Positions 21,678 through 34,600 of a stretch of 58,109 bases of DNA are shown here, piece after piece (position 1 is the stretch's first letter; every line of letters begins with the position of its first letter). Position numbers and translations under genes: made by a program. The notes under the pieces are model-generated. The model searched no databases and was not told where the DNA came from. It was given only the letters and a program-made list of their open reading frames with translations. Origin of the DNA: Fimicolochytrium jonesii (lineage: Eukaryota); assembly GCF_025526975.1 (NCBI RefSeq), contig NW_026515670.1, forward strand, positions 1,736,001-1,794,109, in the 5' to 3' direction.

Positions 21678-24371
21678 ATGTCTTCCAAATTTGCTGCTCA
21701 CGTTGAATCCAAACCTATCAGAGACATCTATCATTTCAAGGAATCTTACTTCGGAGGTGTTCCCGAGTTCAATTGGACACTCGAAGAATACGAAAAGAAA
21801 CATATGGAACACACGTGGCTTACCGAAAACTTTACAAAATTGGGCGCCAATGACAAGATCAAATTGTTTGTCGATTTTGATATGAGATTTGAGGAAGAAT
21901 CCGATCTGCCCTCTGAAGAAGTCGAGACTGAAATCCGTAAAGGTGTTGATAAAGTATTTACCTCCTTGTATTTAAATGAGGATATTACTTTTCATTCTGC
22001 GTTCCGTACAATGGGATACGCTCCTAAGCACACCAAGGACAAAAATGGTAAATACGTCGAAACCGGTGGTGGATATAAAGGCTCTTATTGCCTATGGGCA
22101 GACGGTATGTATACGACCCGGAATGAAATGAAGAAGAAACTCAAGAAATTCATCCCAGATTTGTCCGACTTCCCAGATGTTGTTCGAGACTACAATTTCA
22201 AGGATGGATTTTTTGATCTTTCTGTCTATGACAACAATCGGTCCATGGTGATGGTGGACAAAGTCAAAAATCGTTGGGATAACCGACTTCTCATCAAAAG
22301 CGAACCAGATGCACCAATCTCTTCATATATCATTCAATATGTAGAGGCGGACTGGACCCCGGTTGAATGGACAATTCAATCTGATAATAGAAAGCGTCCT
22401 GCCAATGATGAATTTGTCCTGGTTCCGGACTCGGACCTTGAAGACCAACCGCAACCAAAGAAGAAAAAGGCAAAATATCCTATTGACAACGATGCTAATA
22501 CGGAGGTAATCAGCACTATTTACGATTCAGTTACCAAACTCTGTGGAAAAACGGAATATTTGGAAAGAGATTTTGGGGCCGTACAAAACTATGAGGATGC
22601 GATTGTGGTATTTTTGAGAACCACATACTGCATGTTGCACCATGCAGAACATGATGTCTCCGTTCCCAAAATATTTTTCATAGTGGATCGAAAGAAATTC
22701 ACGTTCAAATGTCAGCACTGTGAACGCTCAAAAACCTATGTTCATAAAAGCAAAAAGATCTTGGACTTGTTCCCGCCGCCCATTACTGAACCCGCAAAAA
22801 CGAGTGAAGAAAAGGATACTGTTGTAACTTGTGAAGATTTGGAAGGTCTAACAGGTTGGGAGAAGTTTGATTTCCGCCAAATTTTGAATATTAGCCACAA
22901 GAATACCGCCGAATGGTTCATTGAAGAGCAAGGTGAGACTTTATTGAAACATTCAAGCGGCTTGATGTTTGTTCTAGGCAAAGATAATATCTGGCGAAAG
23001 TATGAGGGCGGGGTCCGAAATAGCGACTTGAATCTTCAGATTGCAGACACGTTGATTCGCAGTTTTGAGAAACTACTAGATGATTTTGACTCACAAAGAA
23101 GTGATCACGGTAAGTATCTGAAACTGCGATGATTTTGCGAAAAGTTTCGAATGCTGATCGAGGAGACTACGTACTCCATCAATGTAGCACAGAACGTGGA
23201 ACGGCTCTGTATCGCGAACGACACCTGCATCGAACTTTTTCTTTCAAAGCCTCACCTATTTGCTTTTAACGATAAAGTGTACGACCTGATTGAAGGAGAG
23301 GCAAGATCCATCAAATGGGATGATTACATACTATTCACATGTGGTTACAACTATCCGACGACACAAAGCCCTGAGATGCGTGAGAAGATTGAAAACTTTT
23401 ACCAATCTATATTCCGAACTGAAGAATTGATGACTTACCGACTTTGCAATGTTGCGAGGTGTCTCTACGGAGAACTAGTTGAGGAAATCTTCACGATCCT
23501 CAAGGGGCCGGGTCGGAACGGAAAGGGTGTGGAAGGGACTCTCCTTGCTGTTACGTTTGAAAATTACTTCAATACCTTGGACAAGAAAAACTTTACCCGG
23601 GAGCAGCAAGATGTTGACAAAGCAAACTCGCAACTATACAATTGCTTCGGAAAGAGGTATTTGATGACGAGCAAAACAAATAAGAATGATCGATTTTTAT
23701 CCGAAATGTTCAAGAAAGTGTCTGGGAATGATAAGATAACAGTGAGAACACTTAACGGTAAACCCATCAGTTTTCCGATCACTGGGCAAACCAATGTTCA
23801 GACAAATGAAGACCCGGTCTTTGATAAAATAGACCTCGCATTGTGCAATCGGGTGCGAATGCAAGAGTTTCCATACAGTTTCACTCTCAATGGCTCTGAA
23901 CCGATCGAGGAAGAGGGAGATGGAATTCAGGAGGAACAACTTCAAAAAGAAGGTAATATGAAGTTGAAAGGATACTTCAAAACAAATGCATGTCGGGACG
24001 AGTTCATTTTGCTTCTCATTGGCATATTCCGCAAACGTTTTGTGAAGGAAGATAAAACCCTCAATATGAGCATTGAAGTCCCTGCAGAGGTACGAGCCTT
24101 CACCCAAAAGAACCTAGCGAACAGTTTGGCAGCAGCGAAATGGTTGAAGTTCCACTACGATATCACAGGAAGCGATGATGACCGGGTGACCAGATCTGAT
24201 TTATACAAGGAGTATTCCGTTACGGTTCTCGATCAATCGAGGCGCGTCGGAAAGCAGCAATTTTTCAAAGAACTAACAACCATTCAAATCAAGGAACGAA
24301 AAATAAGAGGGAACATATGGTTCCTTGGACTGAAAAAGGCGACCAGAGAAGGAGAGATGTATATAGAATAA
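21678..24371 (+). pseudogene. Fused archaeo-eukaryotic primase / D5-like superfamily 3 helicase (about 897 aa) with a premature TGA at 23130-23132
   Basis: AEP motifs LFVDFD and FDLSVYDNNR, Zn-binding C..HH.EH...CQHC, D5 N-terminal FAFNDKVYDL, Walker A GPGRNGKG, degenerate Walker B YLMTSK, sensor VQTN. ORFs 21678 and 23151 are in frame (KLR*FCEKFRMLI). Confidence 0.9.
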
Positions 24372-25210
24372 GCGGGGGGGATTTTGAGAAGTGGGGCAAA
24401 GTGAAAATGCCCCCCTAGAGGAATGTAGAGAAGTGGAAAGAAAAGAGAGAGTGAGGACGGGATAATAGATGTAGGGGGGCATTTTGGCAGTTTCAAAACC
24501 TATGAGAGAATATATAAAAAGTATTTTGAGAAGAATAATGAGGAAAGAAGTGTGATTTGTGTGGGAGAGGGTGGGTTTGAAAATTGCCTTTTTGCCCCCC
24601 TACATGAAATATGGTATGGGCGAATAGATAGGAAGGGTAGTTTGGCTAGACGCATGTAGGGGGGCATTTTGTTTTGCCCCCCTTTTTCAAAAATGCCCCC
24701 GCAGACGGGAAAAAGATACAGAGGGGGCATTTTGGCAATTTCTAAACCTATGAGAGGATATATGAAAAGTTTTGAAAAGAAGAATGAGAAAAGGATGTCT
24801 CTTTTTGGTGGTGAGAGTTGGTTCGGAAATTGCCTTTTTGCCCCCCTACATGGAACAGGGAATGGGGAAGTAGTAGAAAGGTTGGTTGGACTCGATGCAT
24901 GTAGGGGGGAATTTTGACTTTGCCCCCTTTCCCAAATTGCGCAAGGATGGTTAATGGCTGAAAGGCTTGTGCGGTTAATGCATAACACCGAAGGTGTAGG
25001 GTACATTGTTAATACATTACACCATACACCCGCCAGTACGGTTAATGCATTACACTTTCAGCAGCCGTTATGGTTAATGCATTACACTTTCAGCAGCCGT
25101 TACGGTTAATGCACAGTGTTGCGTGGAGTCAGTACGGTTAATGCACAGTGCAATTGTATAGTGGATCAGTGCATAGCATAAACCATTGGTTTATGCTATG
25201 CACTGATCCA
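24372..25210. repeat. Repeat-rich right terminus (probable terminal inverted repeat) of the viral element
   Basis: Two imperfect direct repeats with a period near 250 bp (starting GGGGGCATTTTGGCA near 24475 and 24723), inverted GGGGCATTTT/AAAATGCCCC motifs, GGTTAATGCA repeats at about 24950-25145, and a terminal palindrome. Confidence 0.7.
25162..25210. repeat. Perfect 49-bp palindrome (24-bp arms, 1-nt centre)
   Basis: TGGATCAGTGCATAGCATAAACCA-T-TGGTTTATGCTATGCACTGATCCA. Confidence 0.97.
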
Positions 25211-28200
25211 GGCGTCCCTAAGCCGACGTCGTGTGTGATGTGTGTGTGTAAGGTCGGTTCTTGCGTTGCCGCGCGTGATGTGATGTAGTTTACGTTGCTA
25301 TTGTCAGTGGTGTGATTGATAGTGAGCGGTTCTTGCGGCGTCGCACGTGTGATGTGATATGAGATGCTCTATGCTGTTCGCCTCCATATCCACAAAGATT
25401 GTGGGTGAGCTTTTCGCCATCGTTTGTAGGCAGGCGTGTAGCGAAGTGGGGATTCGGGTTCCCAAGTAGGGTCAGGATAACCGAGCCATTTGACTACAAG
25501 ATTTCGTACGGCGCGTCGCTCGTCAATGATGTCTTCTACAACCCATTCAGGGTGTCCGCGTTCTTCGATTGGTGGAGGAGGTTGTGGAACTGCACGTTGC
25601 GGATTTTGCTCTTCGCAATGTGGTCGTAAAATATCGACGTGAAAGACAGGCCAGATGCCGCTGATCTTCGATGGTGATGAAAGGACTTCGTAGGTATCAG
25701 GATGTGCTCCCAGTGCGATGATTTTGAATGGTCCAATCCACGTAGCTGAGTATCAAAGTCCTCTTCGAGCGTCTACTTCTAGGTTGATTGCTCGTCGATT
25801 CAGATCGACGAGGTCGCCAATTTTGTATGCAATTGGCGTTCGACCCTTGTCGCGTTGACGTGCGAATTGATCTTGCGATCTCTGAAGGTTTTCGCGTACG
25901 ATACGGGCGATGTCTTCCTGCCCTTTCTTGAAGAGTTCGATTTTGTTTCGATCTACAGCTCGAAGTTTGAGTTCTTGTCCTTCGAGTGTTGGATTCCAAC
26001 CCAAAAAGATTGGAGAGCGTCCGAGATCTACTTCGAATGGCGATAAACCTTCATATTCCTCCCTTGGAGCGGTGTTGTATGCGAATTTGATTAAAGGCAA
26101 TAGTTTCTTCCACTTGCTTTTGTCGTAGTTGAGGTATTGCTTCCAAATCCTTTTCAGGGTTTGCATGGCTCGCTCAACTTTGCCGTCAGTTTGCTGATGA
26201 CGAGCCGTAGCGAATTCGTGTTTAACACCGAGGAGAATATCGAATGCGAGGAAGAAGTCGGAAAGTGCGCGAGGTTCGCGATCCGTAACGAAGACTTTTG
26301 GCGTACCGACATGTTTCCAAACATGATCTAGAAAAACTTGGGGTAGTTCGCGTCCAGTGACTGTCTTCTTGATCGGTGTCAGAATCACACGTCCGGAAAG
26401 GTAATCAATGCAGACGAGACAAGAGTTTGTTTCATCTACTTCGAATATGTTGAATCCGAATCGTGTGCCATCTTCCAAAAGGTATAGGAAGAGGTCGAAG
26501 AAATCCATATGGACGATGACCAGGTTTGAATTGTCGACAGGGTTTGCAAGTTCCAACGTATTTGATAACGTCGGAGCGTACGGTAGACCAGTAATAGTCT
26601 GTAAGAATTCTCGCAAGAGTCTTCTTAACACCGAGATGTCCTCCGGTGGCGAGTTTGTCATGGAATTTCCGTAAAATCTTTGGGCGAATGCCTTCAGGAA
26701 CGTATGGACGTCCTTCGTGTCGTACTAATCCATTTTCAAACGTATAACAGAGTTCTTTTGAAGTTTTCTTGTGTTGAGGTTTTCGAGAAATTTCATCGAG
26801 ATAATCCGAATATGGATCTTCGCGTAGCGCTTTTTCTGAGCAGGTAGGTGAGTTTTGTGGATCGTCTGTCGTAGCGTTGGAGGAAGGTTTGTTGACAAGC
26901 ATGTTGCTGATCTGCGTATGCATGTCGAGGCGTCGTTGACAATCTACACACCGAGGCACATAGATTGGATTATGGCAGAGCATGTCGGCGATATGATTCC
27001 ATTGTCCAGGTAAATACTGGATGTCAAAATCATACTCTTGTAGCTTCTCCACCCAATTGGCTTGTCTTCTGCTCAAATGGGGTTGCGTTTGGATGAATTC
27101 GAGTCCCTTGTGATCGCTAAAGCATCTGAAGTAACGACCGATGAGATATGATCGGTTGGCGACCAACATCTTGACAAGAGCTAAAAGCTCCTGTTCGTGC
27201 GTAGGATATCGAGTTTCTGCGTCCTTCATCTTTCTAGAAAAGAAGACCACAGGCCCAAGCCGAGGTAACTTCTTCCATTGTCCGACGAGAGTAGGCAGAT
27301 TCGTAGGGATCGTTTCATCGCCAGAAGGTTGTCCAATCCAGCCAGCGATCGCGTAGCCTGATGAGTCGGTATAGACGTAAATCGGCTTGGTTTCATCGAT
27401 TGTCGCTAGCGTAGGCGCATTGATCAACGCTTCTTTCAAGTTTTGAAATGCCTCTTGTTGCTCAGGACCTCATCGAAATTTGACTTTCGAAGATTGAATG
27501 CTTGATAGGGGCAGAGCGATGTCCGAATAACCTTGTACAAAGTCGAGGAAATAGTTCGTGAAACCGAGAAAGCTTTGAACTCCTTTTGTTGACTTTGGAG
27601 TAGCCCAATCCTTGATAGCTTGGATTTTCGAGGGCGCGATGCGAACACCATGTCTTCCGACAATATATCCACACCATTCGAGTTCTTCTTTAGCCCATAC
27701 GCACTTTGAAGGCTTGATGAAAAGGGCGTGTTCTTCAAGTTTCTTCAGGATACGATAGACGTGTTCCCAATGTTCGGCTAAGGTCTTCGAGAAAATGAAA
27801 ATGTCGTCCAGGTAGGTAGCAAGAAATTCGTCGTGATCTTTATGGAAGATCTTATTAATAAGACATTGAAATGCAACAGGTGCGTTGATGATCCTGAACG
27901 GCATAACCAAATACTCGAAATGTCCGAAGCGAGTTTGTATTGCCGTTTTTTCTCTATCTTGTTTTCGTATAAGAAGACAATGGTATGCTTCTCGAATATC
28001 GATAAGCGTAAACCATTTACAACCTTGAATTCGATCCCTCATCTCACAAAAATTGGGTGAAGGAGTGCGATCTTTCTTGGTGACAGCGTTGAGACCTCGG
28101 TAGTCCCATCAGATGCGTAATCCGCCATCTTTCTTTTTCGCAAAGATGACACAAGCTCCCCAGGGACTTGAGGAGTGTTGTATCCATCCTTTTTCGAGCA

Positions 28201-30899
28201 TCGAGGTGATTTGGTTCTTGAGTTCAGCGAGTTCTTCTTTCTTCATGTGCCGAAGAGGTTGCCAAATGGGTTCAGCACCTTCAGTGAGTTCGATCTTGAA
28301 GTTATCCTCTCTGCGATCAGGGGGTAGACCTTCCGGTTCCTTGAAGAGCGTATTAACGTATTTATCTAGGATATTCTTAAGATGTCCAGGATTTCCTTTA
28401 AGATCTTGAGGAGCGTCCGGTATTTCGTTAAGAGCGAGGCAACAGACCGTGTCTTTTTCAAACTTGTTCCGTTGCCAAGCCTTATTGAATCGCTTGGAAG
28501 TCACTTCTATGACTTGAGGATTGCGAAGGGCATTGGCTTGAGCGAATCGAGATACATAATGAGGTGCGGCTTGTAGAGGACGAGTATCCACAGGTTTGAT
28601 GGTCTGAACAGGTCGAGCGGGTCTTTTATCATAGACCGGATCTTGTTGAACATCGAAGTAAGGGTTGTTGTGTTTCGGGATGTATTCGACGTCTTCCCAG
28701 TTTCTTGAAGTTCTTTCGCACTTGATGGTAACAGAGTGCGGTGCGTTTGGTATAGGGCCGTAATTGGTCCAGCGAAGGATAGGTAAGGTACTCATCGAGA
28801 ATTGTTCAGTGTAATTAAAGAAACGCCAGAAAGGCATTCCAAAACTAGCGTCATAAGCCAGATCACTGACTAGCCAGGGAAGTTGTCCAACTAAGAAAAG
28901 CGATTGAGATTCGAGATCCCATAGATCTAACTTTTCCGAAACAACCGTGTCGAGAATCATGTATGATTCCTTGTCGGCCAGCCATATCTGCTTCGGTTCG
29001 ATACGTTTCTTGGGAAATTTGTGCTTTTCAACGAATGTCTTGTCAAGGAATAACCCAGTTGCGCCGCTATCGAAAAGAACACGAGCAAACTTGTTTCCGA
29101 TGCGACAGTGAGAGACCCAGAGTCCAGCAGACAGTGGTTCGAAGGCAGGTTTGTCGGTAGGATCGTATGTTGTAGGCCGAGCAGAGCTACCGAGGGGCTC
29201 TATCGACCTTGGAACGAAGATTGATTTGTAGTAGTATTTGTAGTATTCGCAGAGTTGACGGCGTCATCAAGAATTTCCGTAATGCGTGACCCAGCATCAA
29301 CCTGATTGGCTGAACCTTGTTGTTGATTAGGTTGGCTACTGCGCTGCGGAGTTTGAGCGCCACGACCGCGCTGTTGAAAACCACCGCATTGGTTCTGGGT
29401 TTGCGAGCCTTGCTGTCGATTTTCGGGATTTGACCAGCATTCAACTCCAATGTCCCATTTTGTTAGAAAGGGGACAAGGAGTCGTTGGACGTTGACGAGG
29501 AACGTGAGTAGTTTGCCATTGTCCACGTCAACGAAAGGGCTGTTGACGTTGGTAGGGAACTTGACCTGTAGTGAGACGACTCACTCCAGGGGGATAGTAT
29601 GACGTACCGAGGGCATTGAGCCCGAAGGTCATATCATCTATGTCTTGCTCGAATTCCATAATTCAAGGATTGGTGTAAGGGGCGAATCGTCCGCCATGAC
29701 CACCGCCACAACTACCTCGACCGCGACTGGCTCCACGGCCGCCACAAGCACTTGTTGCCGAGGGAATCGGACGAGGTGTATTGGCTTGGTTGCCGTCAGT
29801 GAACCCATGAACTACATGAGCACGACCGGCTGCAGTGATAGCTTGATCGAGAGTGATAGGGGTGTTGATGTTGGTAGTGCTCGAGACTTCGAAGTTCGTA
29901 ACGGCTTCAGAGAGATAATGACCGATTACCGTATTCTTGAGAAGACCGGCCTTGATGTATCGAATTTGATTGATAAGGGGAATGGTGCCTTGAGTGTTAT
30001 CGAGACGATGAGCAGCTTCGAGCTCATTATTGGTGTCTTGAAACTCCTCAATATATTTCTCAAGAGAGTGGCCAAGCTTGAGGCCGGAGAGCTTGCGCTC
30101 AATAGTATTACGCAAGTGGCGGGGATAAAAGTGAGCGACAAGAGCCGTTTGAAAAGCTGTCCAACTTGCGGGAGCGCCGGCGGCGTAAGTCACATTGTAC
30201 CACCAGAGAGCAGTACCCTTGAGGTAGGTAGTGAGCGTAGGGGCGTACTCTGCCATAGTAAAGGGTATGGCGTTGGCAGCTCCAGTACCGTCTGTTCCAG
30301 CTGCTACAGCCGGGACAGTGAGAGACTCGAGGAAGTTGCTATGAGACGTAACAAACTCTTCGATCTTTTTGGCAGCTTTGGCGCCACCGTATTCGACGAG
30401 CTTGTTCTTGCGAGCGTCCATAAGAAGTTTGAAACGTTCGGCTTGTTGGGTGTCTTGCGTCACAGCACGCTGCTGAATCGCGAAAGCAGCTGCGACAGCC
30501 GCAACGATAGCTTGAGTCTGTGCGTCCATTCTTGCTTGTGTACGAGTGTAGGGGCGACGTCTGGTAGAGGGGCGACGTTGACGAGGAATGTCTTGGTGAT
30601 GCTAGCGGTAGGTGGTGCTACCATGTAACGTCAGAGGAAACGTAGACGATATTGGGCCCTTCCGAGAGGGCTGAGAGCAGTGTATTGTAGTGAAGAAAAA
30701 AGTAAGAAGCTCTTCGCAGCGGCCGTTTGACTGACAGCTTTATATATGGGCTGCCAGTGGGGCTTGCGTGGCTTCAGTGAGGCTTAGCGCCTTATATAAA
30801 TGTATCACCAAGAGCTCGGGTGGCCAGTCCGGGTCTCGGATCAAGTAGAAGTAAAGAGATATAATATGAAATGCAAGTGAAGACGAGATATCCCTGACA
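25211..30899 (-). mobile_element. Degenerate Ty3/gypsy chromovirus G3; 5' LTR present, 3' LTR absent from the window
   Basis: Putative LTR 30624-30899 (minus strand TGTCA...TTACA), PBS TGGTAGCACCACC at 30623-30611, gag 29663-30529, and pol fragments with KKDGGLRI*WDYRGLN, YLDD, YTDSSG, VTDREPR, QTDGKVER and chromodomain EWVVEDIIDERR...VKWLGYPDPTWE near 25430-25550. Confidence 0.9.
29663..30529 (-). CDS. gag: G3 gag-like protein
   Basis: YLKGTALWWY, WTAFQTAL...FYP, LEKYIEEF and YIKAGL capsid-type motifs just downstream of the PBS. Confidence 0.8.
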   Translation of the reverse strand: MDAQTQAIVAAVAAAFAIQQRAVTQDTQQAERFKLLMDARKNKLVEYGGAKAAKKIEEFVTSHSNFLESLTVPAVAAGTDGTGAANAIPFTMAEYAPTLTTYLKGTALWWYNVTYAAGAPASWTAFQTALVAHFYPRHLRNTIERKLSGLKLGHSLEKYIEEFQDTNNELEAAHRLDNTQGTIPLINQIRYIKAGLLKNTVIGHYLSEAVTNFEVSSTTNINTPITLDQAITAAGRAHVVHGFTDGNQANTPRPIPSATSACGGRGASRGRGSCGGGHGGRFAPYTNP

Positions 30900-31609
30900 G
30901 TAAGTTGAGAAAGCGCGGCATCTTGGTTGAAAGCTTCGGTGAGGGCTTCCATGATTCGGCTAACGGAAGGTAACTGAGTGGGTCGCAAACGGCTTCCTCG
31001 TTCAGCAGCGAGTCGTCTGGCTCGTTGGAGAACTCGTTTGTCGAAGCCGGGTTCGTCTTTCCACAGGGTCAGAAGTAAATGATTTCTTCTTTGTCGGTGA
31101 TCCCGTCAGTTCTTGAGTATTGATAGGCGATTTCATTGATAAATTCGGTAGCGTTGGCAGTGTTCTGTTTGACATGGTCTCGTTGACTGAGGGCCCATTG
31201 TTCAAGGTCATTGAAGGTATAGCGAGTTTGAAACGGATTAAAGTGCAACATCACTTCTTCAGTAAAGGTTGTCCATGTGGGCTCTTCTCTCCATCGAGTA
31301 AATTCCGTTATTTCGAGTGCTCGGTAACTAGGCATGCTACGAAGCAGCGCCTGAATACTTGGTCTCGAATACTGAGAGAATGTCTGCATACATCGTTTGT
31401 TTTTCAGTTCCACGATTTGTCGTTGCTGCTGATTAGCAAGAACAGGATCTCGGGGGTCGTATGGAATGCGAGGTGCGGTGTGCGGAGGGTTTACGACGAT
31501 TCTCGAATACTCAGCGTCGGGTTTGTATCCAGCGTCGTTAAGTTGAGCAGTGAATAAATGGATTTCCTCTTGTACATCTCGTCCATCAAACTCTATAGCT
31601 CCAGGTTGT
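30900..31609 (-). pseudogene. Older gag relic into which G3, the copia element and G2 inserted (continues at 38194-38214)
   Basis: Joining 38214-38194 to 31609 restores an open frame GLPMIGQPGAIEFDGRDVQEEIHLF...WTTFTEEVMLHF. Confidence 0.7.
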
Positions 31610-34600
31610 TGTTGGAGGTATCATCCTCCCGAGACCCCGGTTAGGGTTCCGATAGTTTATTTCCTCACGTGACTCCCCTCCCGCTTACGCCACGCTTCCG
31701 CGTACGGGACTTCACTCTTTTCTTCCCTTTCGGACCTCGCGTCCTCTATACACTTTAGACTTTTCTACAGAAGACAATACATACTTCACAGTACAGCATT
31801 GCATACTACATAGAGTTCGCTCAGTCATCTGCTTCCTCTGCCAACTACTGCTAAGTGGTTATGAGCCCTGGCTTCGCCCGCAACTAGCGGATGTTCCAGG
31901 ATAAAGAACTCACGGTCTCCAGTCACGGCTCTCTTAGAAAGCACCATGCCACCTAAGGATTCAACAACCCAACCTCAGAAGGGCTACGCAGCTGCAGTGA
32001 CAGCCGGCAAGCCCTCCGCTCACCACACGCAGTCCCAAAAAGGAGCTCTCCTGGGACCCCTACCTGCGGCTACTAGAGGAGGAGGAAAGAAAGTTCAACA
32101 ACCCCCTGTTAAGAGTTCTGAATCTATTAATCAGCGCTGTGGCATTGACTCACGTACTCCGCTTAATCAAGGCGTAGCCCGTCATGCCGATTTATGCAGT
32201 GAACCAACACCTACCCCGCCTTACAAAATGCCTGGAGAATTTGTGGATGAGAAGAAGAGGAAAGAGGAGCTTTCTGCTACTATTGCAGAATGGAAAGACG
32301 TAAGCACGCCATATGTGGATGCGCCTGAATCACGCGGACATACCGGAACCGACCCCTTCCTGATAGATTCCATTCAGGAAGAACCTATGCCTGTCAAGCA
32401 GGAAGAGGAGATGCTTCAAACGAAGGATCAAATAGCCAATCTGACTGGATTGGTTGCCTCGCTCTTGACTTCGGGCCGAGCGCCACAACAAGGCGGACCT
32501 ACCGTCCCCTCCGTGAACCTGCTCGCTCAGTCGCCTGTGAACAGCACTCGTTCTCATTACTCGACTAGCCCCATCCAGGCAAACGTGCCATACATGACCT
32601 CTGTGTCGCCGGCACCCCATGCGCCTCCTCAACGCGCTATGGCCTACTTGGTCCCATATGCTTATAAAGCCCCGGAACGGCATCCTTACTTTCAAACCCG
32701 TTCTCAAAGCCCTCCTTTCGCTGAAATTCCACACGAAAGTGCATCTGTGAGATCTGTTACTCCCGTAACACCCCCTACGGCCGGCAAATCAGCTTCCAAA
32801 GTCTTCATCAACACTACCCTTAGTAAACTCGGCACCTACAACGGCGACCCCAATGTTACCAAGCTTCAAGGGTTCCTTGATCACATCGACGTGATTATGA
32901 AGTACCAGATGATTTCGCCTTCCGAATGCGTAGACTTCGTCGTCAATGCGCTCACTGGACCAGCTCTCCAGTGGTGGAAAAGCCTTCCTGAAAACGAGCG
33001 CTTCTCCATAATTTCATGGCACGATATTCAAGACGCCTATGGACTGCCCCCGCAACTCGGATTACGCTCCACGATGTTAAGGCGCTTCGTTCCCCGAACT
33101 CATCTGCCGCAAGTTCTTCACAGACTGCGCGCACTGAAGCCCAAGTCAATTAACCATCAAGGTTTAACCGAATTCGTCGCCCAGCTCAACCTTTTGGCTG
33201 GACAACTCCCCGGGCTCCCGGAATACGTGCTCTGTGCCGACTTCCTTCGAGCCCTTCAAAAGAATCTTAGTACCCTGATCACTGCTCAGGCTCAGTACGA
33301 CGATAGACTTAGCCCTTCTCAAGAAGCCGCGATTTGTATAGCCGCCCAGCTCAACGAGAGGACCCCGAGCACGCCTCAGTTGGGCGCATCCGCTGTTCAC
33401 GTTACTTCCACTCTACCTCAGAAGAAGAAGGACAAATCCAAGACTGGCGGCTCTAGAGGCACCCCCTCTACCCAATCCTCATCTTCTGACGCCACCAAGA
33501 AGCCTCCCCAGTGCAAATATTGCCAAAGGGACGGCCACAAGTCGGAGAACTGCTTTACTTACAAAGCTGTCAAGGATATCATGGACAAGAACGCGAAAAC
33601 CAAGCAGGACGCACCCGCTGCAGCCTCCATGGCTTATGCCATGCACGTTCAAGTCCAACCAGCCAACCACGACGTCCGCCTCTTCAAGGCGAACGTGGAT
33701 TCCGGTTGTACGGATCATATGACCCCCTATATTGAGGATCTAGATCCATCTTCTCTTCAAGACTACCAACGCCTTCTTGAACTCGCGGATTCGACTACCA
33801 TTACCTCTCAAAAGAAGGGTACCGTACTTATCCAACCTACGTCCGGCGGCAACGTTCTCGCTCTTCGCAATGTGTTATTGGTTCCCAGTCTTGCCCAGCC
33901 GCTTATATCTGTTGCTAAATGCACTGATAACGGCGTTACCATCTCCTTTCACCCCACCGACGTCGTTACGTTCAATACCGACCAACATCTACTCGCGATG
34001 GGAATGCGCGAAGGCGACGCGTACTATTTAGAAGGACAGGTTACTACCTACAAGCCCAATGCACATGCACTGGTCGCTTCCATAACCCCCAACTTCTGCA
34101 TCAACGTCTTGGACACCCTGGAAACCACATTCTCCCGGTTATGCTTAAGATAGTAGAGGATTGGCCTTCAGTGGGGGCTACGCCGGACTCCGGCGCACGC
34201 TGCGATCCACGCGCTCTCGGCAAAGCTACCCGCCATACCTTCCCTAGATCGACATCCCCGCCACACAAACCCGGCGAGCTGATTCACAGCAATTTACAAG
34301 GTCCATTTCGGATCCACGGCATCAACGGAGAGCGCTACAGTCTCGCGTTCCTCGACGACGGCTCCGGTTTCGCCCGTACCTACTCCATCAAGGACAAGGA
34401 GGCATCCCCTATTACCGCAAGGTTTATGATCTTTCATAAGTGGCTCAAGAATCAAACTGGCGTCTCCCTCAAGATCCTACATACGGATAGGGGAGGAGAA
34501 TACACTGGCGAGCTCACGTCGTACCTACACGACAATGAGATTACCCATGAGTCTACTGTCGCGTATTCTAGTCAACAAAACGGAAAAGCAGAGCGCCTCA

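Larger units (their letters stand above)
1..25210. mobile_element. Endogenous Polinton-like/virophage-like dsDNA virus (right portion; left end lies outside the window)
   Basis: Compact intronless cluster of rve integrase-chromodomain, A32-like ATPase, putative minor and major capsid, fibre and primase-helicase genes. Visibly AT-richer than the flanking elements. Repeat-rich non-coding terminus ends in a palindrome at ...CTGATCCA (25210). Confidence 0.88.

Noticed and set aside
5689..24371. TGA recoding (alternative genetic code) in the virus, suggested by several in-frame TGA codons
   Set aside because: TGA also serves as the apparent true stop of viral genes (3331, 7191, 1647), Trp is encoded by TGG, and the same lesion occurs in the retrotransposons. 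CGA-to-TGA decay is simpler.
24950..25145. CRISPR-like array (GGTTAATGCA repeats)
   Set aside because: Repeats are short, the spacers are themselves repeated, no cas genes are present, and the context is eukaryotic.
1..25210. Classification as a canonical Maverick/Polinton
   Set aside because: No protein-primed PolB or adenain-like protease is seen, and the terminus ends in CA rather than CT. It cannot be fully excluded because the left end is outside the window.
29645..30628. 327-aa plus-strand ORF and similar long ORFs at 38731-39744 and 40390-41058
   Set aside because: Antisense shadows of retrotransposon gag/pol genes.
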